In this document: piece by piece, positions 12,101 to 23,025 of the stretch | Numbering within the stretch: the stretch's first letter is position 1 | Layout of the letters: each line of letters opens with the position of its first letter | Assembly (NCBI GenBank): GCA_977030845.1 | Contig: OZ365112.1 | Coordinates: 14,384,001-14,448,000, forward strand | Source of the DNA: Fimbriosthenelais zetlandica | Taxonomy: Eukaryota | Direction of reading: 5' to 3' | DNA length: 64,000 bases | Program-made: the position numbers and the translations under genes | The notes under the pieces: generated by a model | What the model was told of the DNA's origin: nothing | The model's input: only the letters and a program-made list of their open reading frames with translations | Database searches by the model: none

Positions 12101-14539
12101 TAATCGAATGTAAATTCAAATGTGGGCGGAAAAGGACAGAGACGAGAGGAGATGCTTACACAAATGATGGAGGTTCAAGGTCCTGTACAGTTAGAATTTC
12201 CTTAACATAAATCCTAAATGCAGTTTAATAATACGGGACTGTATCACCACACGTACAGTATGCTCGAAATTACTTTCATAGCGACAGGCAAATGTTATAT
12301 AATAGGTCTAACTATATTTTATAGCTTAAATGTAGTCAGATTTTAGCCGCTTGATATTTGCTCTATATCAATGCGGTTCTTTTTGTTCAATTAATAATTT
12401 CGTTGAGTGAGTGTTGTATAGTGGGGTCCAGACGCGGGTCAGTCTGTTGTCCGAGCTTTGATTAGTGTAAAAGGCCTTTTACTATTCGCCACTAAATACT
12501 TTACACCTCTCTCAATTAGACCCAATCAGTTCCTGCATGATTCTAATAGCTTCTGCGCCCGCACTCCGATCCATTAAGAATATTGTAGTCGGGGGCGGAT
12601 TTTTATTAATTACCATGCCCTGAGGTTTTTACAACGGGTGTATGAATGGAGGGATAGAGGAGGACCGGGGACTCGGGCGTGTTTTACCCCGCTCCCCTGA
12701 CTCATACCACCCGGTCTCTGACCCCTTGAAATCCCCGATTCCACCACCGTCCGGGGTCACTGGGTCATAGCAACCACCCGGGGGTAAAGTCAGAAAAACC
12801 TCTCACACACACCAACCCACATCCCCACAAACGAAAATCTTACACCTTCTGCGTCCAACCACACCCGCACATAACCCCCACACTCCCCTTTATTGGAACT
12901 ATCCACCCTTGGGTTCACTTCACTTGTTATTCTTTTCATTTGCAAACAGCGCAATGGGGGAACTCATTGATTTTTCCTTCCATGGGCCAAGGGCTTATAA
13001 CTCCTAACCCCATCCCCTTCCCCGTCCTACCACAAATAACACCCCATTTCCAATGCCCTGGACGCCTTTTCCCCCAAACGCGCCAGCGCAAATCAAATAT
13101 ATTCCAATGGAAAACAGAGATTGGGGCAGAATTGAATGTATCTTGGATTTATAAGGCACCATATTGGAATTGGCAGACAAAGAATAGTGGGAGCTGGCTT
13201 ATTGGAAAGCTCTGTATTCGTTGCAGTTCACCCACAGGAAACAGCAGTATAAAAGGACTGTCACCTTCTCTTGGTGAAGTTTCACGCGTGCTTTCATGAA
13301 GTGTATACTTCACCATGGGGGAGAAACTGATAGAAATATAGCGAGAGAAACTGCTTATCCAAGTATGAGACAAATTCAGTCGACCCTAAAGAATTTGCGA
13401 CGAAAAGACGCACTGAATTTATATTAAAAATTCAGGAATCAGTGTAAAATTCGACACAGAATGAAAATTGACCCCAGAAATTCGAAAAGGACATTTGATT
13501 TATGCTGAGACAAACATGGTGATGCTCTCAGGAGTTCTCAGGACTGTTATTTGAGGTTACTAATGCTAGTGTACTGCATCAATAGTCCCTGAACTTTCTA
13601 ACGACAATAGACTATTAAATTATTGACCTGATTGGCAAATATTGTCCTAGCTGAGCGTTTGTCTGCTTGTTGGCAGAGTGTGGTCCGTCTGTAAGCATCT
13701 TTTGTTGTGGAGGAGCTGGTTTTTGGAGTGTCAGATGGGAAGATGCCGTGAGAGAGGGTCACCATTCATTCCCAGGCTGACTTTTGTTTTGACATGAAAC
13801 TCGTGTGTCGATACAGGGGCGTTAAAAGAGAGCACATCTCTCATTTTTACTGCCAACTTTCAATTTCCTATACCACCAAAAATGGTGGCAATTTGAATGC
13901 TTTGTCAGTTTGGCCAATATGATTCATGATGGCGGAAACTGTCCCATTTAGTTGGATCTTATTTATATGTGAGAAAGACTTAAATAAAAGTCGGGGATAA
14001 AAAGTTCCTATTGAAGGAATTTTACCATTGAATGTATTCATTTTTCTTACTTTCTTTTATCAAGCATTGGGGTTTGTTCGTTTAAATAAGATTATTATAA
14101 CTGAACTGTTTTATAATAAGTTGGAGGTCTTAGAATGGAAATAAACGAAATAAGGGTTTTCATATTGCAGCCATCCATCACAACATTAGAGAAACATGAC
14201 AATAATTCACTTTCACAACATGGACTGGTTTGTATTGGGTAGAGAGGGAGGTCTGACCCGTTTATGAGTGTTTTGGTTCATGCGGCCGCCCGTCATAAAT
14301 CACAGCTATGTGGGTCAGAGTGAGAAATGGCGGAGTGACCGAGAGGTGAGACGCTAATCGTCCTCACAAACACTTAAACGTGACCACCTACACAAGTTGA
14401 TAACCTTCTACATCCTTCTGCGACACCAGCACTACCCATCTTCCCATAACAGACTGAGATGTGGGACTATAGTGTATTATAAGCAGCCTACTGGTAGGGA
14501 GAATAGCGCTGGAACCTTTAACAGGCCTATAGGCCAGCC

Positions 14540-14556
14540 ACCATAGATGGCGCTAG
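14540..14556 (+). promoter_or_regulatory. CTCF-like motif (core plus 3' end)
   Basis: ACCATAGATGGCGCTAG; TAGATGGCGCTA matches, but the 5' part has 3 mismatches. Confidence 0.35.
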
Positions 14557-15354
14557 TGGGGGTCTGCACCACCGTTTCATTGGTCACTAATGGGGAGAAT
14601 TTTGATGATGAATCCCATTAATAATGAGGCGGAATTTGCGGCTTGGCCTTCTTAGAAATTGGGTGAAAAGGGTCTTTTATCCGACCCCTTTACGGATAAT
14701 TTAGTTCTGAATTTGGTATTACATCTATGATTGCGAATTCGTTTCATTTGAGATCTGTATAAGGATGATAGGGAACATTGGTTGTCAAAAACGAATATTT
14801 AGCACAGATTTGGTAATCCTCAACTTACCTTTCTGAACTAAATTGCTTCTACTTCGAATTATGTTTTGATGGAATTATTTCTTGAAAATATGTGTAACAC
14901 AGTTCACCATGCAACATAAATAATAATGGCCTTTTACCATACCTCTTTCAAAAACCAGCACAGAACCTGCTCACTTCGATTCCAGTCAAGTTTATTTCTT
15001 AACCAATACCATTTTCTACTTATGAGAGTTCTCCAGTTTTTGTTATGTCCTATACTATCGAGAATCATTTATATCCATTCCCCGTGGAGGGAAAAACATA
15101 CCATTTTCCTCGCCTTGCCCATGTTTCAGTGGAATCATTAATGTCTGTCTTGTACATTAATTAAGCTTAGGAAGACACCTCAGAGCACGTGTCTGCTTTG
15201 TGTAGACCTTATACTTTGATCCTGGGACGGGGAGAGGAGGAGAGCATAATAAGGAGAGGGGGATATTTAGATGCTCACTACACCATCCCCCATCATTCTG
15301 ACTCTCCCTGCACGTGCATGCATGACCAGGAATGAACGCACGTCCGCCATGTCG

Positions 15355-15368
15355 TCACGAGGTGGCAG
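15355..15368 (+). promoter_or_regulatory. CTCF-like motif
   Basis: TCACGAGGTGGCAG, 12/14 match. Confidence 0.3.
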
Positions 15369-17131
15369 CTCGGTCGCCCTGTCAACAGGGGAGATGGGGA
15401 TGAGAGATGGTTGTCTCATTCTATGCCCGCTCATCTCCCATTGCTAAAGTGCTATAACATGTTAGATGAAGGCAATTCAAGTACAAAGATGGTCATCCGT
15501 AGGAGGGTGAATCCTTATACATGTAGTTATAGGGATAAGATAAAGATTTCTTATATAGCAGTGTGATTTCTAATAGCATTAGGCCTACTAAAACGTGAGT
15601 GCATGGATTAAAATACCTATCAATGGTTCCGAACTGGCCAACAGAATCTTATACATGTTCCTACTCACAATTGTTTATATATCTCATTAGTTTTGAAGTC
15701 TTTGACTCCAAAAATCATTGGAGAATAAATGGGGAGAAATCAAAGGAAAATGTCACTGTCAGTCAAATCCACATTACCCCCCCCCCCCCAACTCAAATGT
15801 TTAATTAATGAACACTCCCTCGCCCGCTCCATCCCTCCCTCTCTGAGCCCCGGGGACATCCTTCCCATTTTACAACTTATTAATTTTATTATCACTGACT
15901 AATAGGTGAAGACCAGACCATCTAAGAAAGAAAAGCACTTTTTAAAAATAATATTGGATTGGGATGGCTTTCAGGGAAATTTGATTAGACATTTCCCCAT
16001 GACATCCCCGTGTTAACTTGATTATTTTGAGGAAAAAGTGGGGCAAATTTCCATCTGTCACATGCGAGGCGTTATCTTTTTGGCCTTCTATTGTTTTGGC
16101 CGTGAAATGACGTTCACGATGACGTGAATGTAAGGATCCCTCCAATCAAAAACAGGCAGTTTGTTTGGAGGGATTATGTACCATACTCGTGACCTTGACC
16201 TTTGTCATGGGGTCATATCCCCTGGTGGGTTGTCTGACCTCTTCTGAAAAATTCCGGGACTGGATTCTTTTTAGCCCTTCTCTCATGTGTTCACTTCGAG
16301 CATCTGTGTCAAGCAGTAGCTGTGACCCTATCCAGAAGCAAAACAAGCCTTTTACAAAAAGAAAAGTATTTCTTGTAGTTAGTAGTAGTCTATGTTCTTC
16401 AAATGTGGCTGAAACATGGTTGTTTACAAGGATGCATAGAGTGAGTGTGTGAGTGAGTGAACGAACACCAGATGGAGTGAGTGAGGGAAGGACCGAGAGA
16501 GTGAAGGAAGGAAAGAATGAAGGAATACTACCAGCATTCCTTCCTCAGCAGGAGACTGTGGCTCATATTAAACCTATATTGTCTTGTATAGGGGTACATT
16601 TGACAGGGTGCTGTATTATATAGAGTTAAGCAGTAAGACACCTGTAGGTGTGAGGAGGCAGGTGTAAGCCTTTGATGTGGGTCAGGGAGGAAGACACAAA
16701 GCCAGGGAACAATTACAGCCTGATCCGCAGGCAGGCCTCAGGGATTGACCAGCGTTGAATAGTGAATGCCTTCTTGATTGGGGGAGGAGACTTCTGAGAG
16801 AAAGAGCTCTGTAGATCAGCTTATAGGCTATTTAAACCTCACCTCTTACATACCACACACGTGGTGGAAAGTCATGGTCCAAATGTTTAGTGAAAAATCT
16901 AAACTCTATGAAAAGAATTTTGGATACTTCCCTTTTGGGAAAACATCATCTTGTGATAGATCTATGAGAAAATACACTTATAAATACATGATGGTGATTA
17001 TTCAGAATTTTTCGGCTGAGATTTATTAGAGGTTTCCCCAGAAAAAATATAGTCTAACAGCTCATGCATGTAGGAAATATCTCTTCAGCCATACTGGGCA
17101 AGGGATTCTGGGATCGATTCCAGGCGACAGG

Positions 17132-17145
17132 GCGCCATCTCTCGG
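17132..17145 (-). promoter_or_regulatory. CTCF-like motif
   Basis: Minus strand CCGAGAGATGGCGC, 12/14 match. Confidence 0.3.
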
Positions 17146-19825
17146 AGCGCTGTGCAAACATCAGCACGTCTCATGGTCGACAAACTGCAGACCACATCAG
17201 CCATAACCGCCCTTTCCTTACCTCATTAACAATTCCTTTTTTCACAAACATTTTTTACCTCATTCCTTCCTTGCATTCCATTCCAGAAATTCCCTGGAAG
17301 TATTTTTCCTATATCCTGGTATGAAATGTATGCAAGAGATGGGTTTTATTTGCTTTTAAGAGAAAGAGAAATCTGTGAGGGTTATTTACATGTATTATAT
17401 AACATAGTGCCATGGCAGGGTTTAACAAATAGAAAGCAGGCGGTTAATATTTCACTGAGCCCTCCTTGCTTCGGCTCCAATTGTTTGAATCGTGGACAGC
17501 GTTCTGCGATTTTTGTTTGCCTCTGTTCAATTATGCACGGGGCCGATTTGGAAAAGAGCGCCATGTTGGTGAGCGCATGGGCGTCGGGCGCATCTTTGTA
17601 AATAGGATGAAATTTTTGTTTGTTGACTCGTGGAGACGTGGTGGTGACAGGCGGTGTGTGTGCTGGATGGGGGAAGGATCCATAGGACAGTACACCCGCC
17701 TACATGTCTGCCTGTCTTACCCCCATAACGCCACCCCCACCCCCTCCCGTGGACTTCCAATACACAGATTTGATCAAGGTCTAGCCACGACAATGGAAAT
17801 GATTTGATATTCTCATTATTATGTTGCTTCATGCGCCACTCCAGTTGTCCCTCCCTTACTTGGAGAGGGGCTTCAGCCCCTCCCTCTCCTAATCCCCCAT
17901 CCCCTGGGTCCACTTTACACTTACAAATCCACAGGCAGGTAGACGGCCAATAAAATGTACCTTATATCATTAATTGTCCCTTTGTAAACCAAATCATTGA
18001 TGATTAATAAATAAGTAACTTATGCACCGAAAAAAGGAAACGGACGCATAAATCTAATGCCTTGTAATTTTGCATTGAATATCAAACCTTCTTGATAACA
18101 AATCACAAAGTAAAGTGTCCATGAATACGATAGTTAATGTTCTGCATCCTTTTACTTCCAGGTGAAAGCCTCCTGTAGCAGGCAAGATCACATAGCAGCC
18201 AATTACTCCAGTACTTACCTTTACATCCATCGTCCTCCAAGGCTGATCCAAGCGAAAATTCACAAGCACACCTTTACTTCCAAGGTTAGTATACGCATAT
18301 ATAATCATACCATCATTAAATGGTAGGCCTAAACACTTGTGGTTCACATTAATGATAACATTTAGTATGAATATAATAATATTTCAAATATCCTAGATGG
18401 TGAGTGTATAATATTATGAAGTAAATGTATGTGGTCAAGAATTTAGCTGGTATCCTCAGGTGTGGTCTATACGTACTCCCCTAATGTACTCCTGGACAAC
18501 TGACCATCAAATGACCATCCCCCTTGAAAGTGCCTTACTAGAAATTGAATTAAATTGATTCAGAGATTCGGGGTGGAGCCCCATTCAGACTTTTATTACG
18601 TCCGTGCCCATAATTAGAGGTTTGTGACAAGTTCAGATTAATCTCGTGGGAAAGTTTTGTGAATTTTCAATGTCCGTGTGCCTCTCGTGTCAGTATTACC
18701 ATATGTAAATGACCCCTATATGTCTGATAGAACAGAGAAGGGGTTTGTATGGGTTATCTCATGACATCCCTGGCATTACGTTCTGTGCTTTAAAGAATAA
18801 TGTCACTTCAGACTATCAAGAATGCCTCTATTGTCTCTTCAAGTGGAGTCTGGTCCGGTGAAATATCAGCTTCAAATTTCAAATTAAGTACCCTTCACCC
18901 TTCCTTTCATTTCATGCATACAATGCAGCCGAGATTGCATGCTTTCTTGCGTACTTTCTATATAAATATAAAGTAAAGGTCTCGAGTGAATCTGCAAGTA
19001 AAGGTTTCGATTGAATCTACTTAGATCTATTGCACCCCTTTTTGCATTTTTTTACGAATAAGCTTTAATTGTTAGCCAGAGAAGTACCAGTCGGGATTTG
19101 ATTATGGCATTTCTACTTAGTGCAGATAGAATGACGTAATCTCTGGCGAATCCTCTGCATGTATTTGATTAAATATTGTAGCGCATACTCGAGCGCCCCC
19201 AACGAGCGTTTCACACACCAGTCTGCCTCCAGGGGCCCAGGTTATTATCGAACATGTTGTCAGAGTGTGAAAAATGACAGAAACGTGTCGCTCAACTTTT
19301 CTGTCGGTATTGATTTTGGATTGACAAGTTAGTTCCATTAGCTTTACTAGTCTTTGCTATTCGTTTCTCTTTTCTAAATTGATTAGAAAAAAAACCTCTA
19401 ACCCTTTGCTACATTTTCTTAACTTTATTTCGAGAAGACAACATTGAAATGCCAATTTTATTTAGTGACAATTGAGTTACATTAATTTTACCTACAACCA
19501 TCAGTCCTTTGCTGCCACCTTCTCTGCATATTTGTCCCGGTGCCTGAAAAAAAATGAAATCATATTTTATAGAAGTATCAATACAGATCAATTAAAATTT
19601 TAATTAAGAAGACTATGGCAAGACTTGTTGTCTAAAGATATGATTTATATCCATTGGTCCTCAAATAGCCTAGATATATAGAAGAAAGTTAGAGAACGCT
19701 GTTGGGGGTCTGTGAATGGGGAGAGATCTCGCGCCTCATTTTGACAGCTGTTTGCCTTATGTCAACACATCCCTAAAACAGCCCTCCAATGATCTCTTCT
19801 CCCCCTCCCAGCCAACCAGCCAACT

Positions 19826-19877
19826 ATATCACATAATGCCCTCTAGCGGGCCACCACCCAAATATCACATAATGCCC
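19826..19877 (+). repeat. 16-bp direct repeat, 36 bp apart
   Basis: ATATCACATAATGCCC at 19826-19841 and 19862-19877. Confidence 0.85.
19836..19849 (-). promoter_or_regulatory. CTCF-like motif
   Basis: Minus strand CCGCTAGAGGGCAT, 13/14 match. Confidence 0.45.
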
Positions 19878-20126
19878 CCGAGACATACCTATCTCTCACA
19901 GACCAAACCTATATGTAACGTCTGCTTAGCAAGAAAGACATGTCCCACCCCCAACGGCGAAAACGTGAACCCTAAACTTGAGTAGGACTAATTAAAAACA
20001 TTCCTCCCTTGATTGTGTATGGGTGTGTGAGTGTGGTTTTGTCAGCCAAACTTGGGAGTAATTGGGAGGGGAAAAGGTTGGTTTTGGGGGAAGAAGTGTG
20101 TTCTTATCCCATCTGGATGTGATCAA

Positions 20127-20171
20127 TGATTGACAGGTTCTGACAGGGGAAGACGTTCAGTGCGCATGCGC
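20127..20171 (+). promoter_or_regulatory. PBX-MEIS/PREP decamer, MEIS hexamer and NRF1-like site
   Basis: TGATTGACAG 20127-20136, TGACAG 20141-20146, TGCGCATGCGC 20161-20171. Confidence 0.5.
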
Positions 20172-21579
20172 CTAGGTGGAAGAGATTCTATTTGTTTTCT
20201 GTGAAAATAGGCCCGCGGTGAATGTAATAGAGTGGGAGACGATAGTGTTTCCTTGCTTAAAGTTCACATTGCGGTGTCATGGTGAAAGTTCAGTTAGTAC
20301 TGGTGGGGTGCATCCACAGTCGTGTTTATAGCATTTCACATCGCACTTCTGATAGACATGCTGGGGGGTCGGTGGTATATATTTTCCTACGTGAAATGTG
20401 TACACCCTCAATACGATCCAATAAGAAGGATTGTGTTATGTATCGAAATTATCAACTCGGTTTGCATTTTTGGTTCTATTATTTGACTAGATTGAGGTAA
20501 AAATGTTTCAGGTTGTCTCTTCCGGTTTGGGCCTAAAGGCCAAACTCTGGCCCAGATGGAAGACAGAAAACATGGATTTGAGTGAATTTAAAGCATTTTA
20601 AGTAAAGGAGGCATGCTTATAGATCTTGGACGTGTAGAGGTGGGAGAAGGGTATGTGTAAAATGCCAGATTTGGCAGCTGGTTTAGGTGCTCGTTACCGC
20701 CAAGAGTTCCAGGGAAATGATGTGAAGGCAGGCTTGGCCTTCCCTTACATAATCCTCATAGGTGTAGGACGTCAGTCGGGTGATATAACGTCCATCAAAG
20801 TCTGGCAGTAAACCCCCAAACCCCCTAAACTAACTGCTTGTTCCCCAGATAAAATAGGGATAGGCCTAAATGTTGAAAATTAGAACAAAGTACTTGTGGA
20901 ATACAATTATTTCTTTTTCATTATATCTGCATTAATATTGAAATAGTTCAAAAGACTGCCTCTGTGAGAGGGTCTCATATAATTGCACTGACCCTAGGCC
21001 TATATAACTATCAATGGATTTTATGTTTTCTATAATCCATGGAATCGAATACAGAAATATGTAGTTAAATAATCACATATTTTCAGTAGATAATATAACA
21101 AAGTACATTTTTCTTCACTTATAGCTATGAAAATCTGTAGTCATATGTTGCTATCTTACAGTTTGAATGGTAGAAATTATCAATTGATGCTGACCTATAA
21201 AATGCACTCTGTCGGTCATGACCTACTTAGGGAGGCCTTGCCTTCTGTAAGCTGTATTGGTAGACTCACATGCAAGCAATGGTAGGGGCACACAAAGAAC
21301 CAGAGGAACAAAAAACTGATTCATTTTGATGCGAGTCAGGGCAGGCTGAGAAGGAAATTTGATCCCATTCTGCATGGGAAATTTTTACTTAAAAGGATTT
21401 TCGACTACATATTGGGAAATGGTCTAAATGGATGGATATGATATCATTTCTTCGATTGTAAGAGAAGTTGTCTACTGACATATCCTAATAACGGAAACTG
21501 GAAATCTATTACCCAAGATGTTTCCCGATATCTCACATAAGGCCTGATATACCATAATGTACTATAGGGGACTCGAACA

Positions 21580-21657
21580 GACGTCATGTTTTGACGTCAT
21601 TGGCTATATTTAATCTACCGGAACTAGTACTAAGATCTCCCATTAGTGGAACTTCCG
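21580..21657. promoter_or_regulatory. CRE/CCAAT/ETS motif cluster
   Basis: GACGTCA 21580, TGACGTCA 21592-21599, ATTGG 21599-21603, ACTTCCG 21651-21657. Confidence 0.35.
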
Positions 21658-22213
21658 TCTGTGACAAGTCGGTGGGGGTAGGGTGCAGATGGTTGTAGGA
21701 GTATCAAGAGGGTGGGGGTGGGGTATCGATCCCCCTACATGTTTCCAATTATCATAAAAGCCTCAAAGCCTTTGGTCAGTGGACATGAAAGACCTGCAAG
21801 ACCCGACTCATTAGGGGAGTCTAAGGGTCTGGATTGGGAAGGGGAAGGGGAAGGGAGGTGGGGAAAGGGGTTAGAATCCTAACTATTGACCTGAAGGATC
21901 ATATAAGCTGAAATGGGGTCGAAAGGTGAACAAATGATATTATATAGTGATGTCATTATTGCTGAGTTAGTGAAAAATTTCAATTACTCAAGTTTGAGAA
22001 GAAAGCTTTTGAATCATTCGACCCATACTAAGTCCTTGGTGAATATCAGGGTGAGGTAACACAATATTCTACTCTTAATTCACTTTACCAGTTGCATGCT
22101 TTTAGTCTACTGCTAATCAAATTCTCCATTGTTACCTCCCCTTCTGATTCAGAATGGAAACCCTGGGAAAGATTAAATAATTACCCCCCTCAACCCTAGT
22201 CTCCCCCAGTCCA

Positions 22214-22231
22214 CCCCCCCCCCCCCCCCCC
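22214..22231. repeat. C18 homopolymer in a C-rich stretch
   Basis: Read directly. Confidence 0.9.
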
Positions 22232-22429
22232 ACCCCCACCCCTATCTCCACGCCACTCTCCCAACTCTTTCAGGGGAAAAGTCTGGCACGAGCCAAGATC
22301 ACACTCCCTCCCTCAACCCCCAACCCACCCGTCTTGTCTTAATTACCCAAATTGTCCTGACACGCTTGCATTAAGCGGCAAAACTCTCTCTCATGATTCT
22401 CCATTGATTTATTAAAGCTTAAAGTGTTC

Positions 22430-23025
22430 GTGCGAGTTGATCCCGCGTCTCCCTCAATCCCCTCCACCCCCACCTCTCTCCCCGCTCCACTCACTCCCCA
22501 CCAATGTCTGGATTTATTTAATAATATTCACCACCTTGGTGCCAGCAGAGCTTCCCTTCTACAGAGATGTCGCTGTATGAGCGTCACTCTAGAAAGTGAA
22601 CGACATTCTCCCACGACGCATTTTACGACATTGCCCAGCAACGGCAGAAGCCCCGATCGTCCAACGGCCGGAAGCGGAAATGGCTAGATTGAATAAAAGC
22701 GTGTCGCGCGCGTCGCCCGGATGCACACATTTATCAAATATTGATCATATGTTTTTTCGTTAATATAATAATGTAATGGCGTCTGAGACGCCAAATGCGT
22801 GGTGTAGAGGAGAGAGGGCTTTGTCCCCAGCTTTCACCTTAACTCAAACGTGCGTGTCACTATGCCATGTAAACATATTTTCACCGAGGGCCATTAGGCG
22901 ACAAATCGTGCGAAATTGCCGCGAATGACTACATATTCAAGCGACTGGTGGAGAGGGAGTGGCAGAGATATGAAATATTCAGACGCGAGAGAAAATGTTT
23001 ATCGTTTGGCTCCTCTGAAATGCTG
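22430..23025 (+). promoter_or_regulatory. CpG-rich promoter-like island, candidate distal Hox3 promoter/leader exon
   Basis: High CpG density against a CpG-poor background; tandem ETS CCGGAAGCGGAAA 22668-22680; ends at donor CTG|GTGAGC (23025). Confidence 0.4.

Noticed and set aside
21568-21578. tRNA B-box-like GTTCGAGTCCC on the minus strand
   Set aside because: No A-box or cloverleaf at the expected distance.
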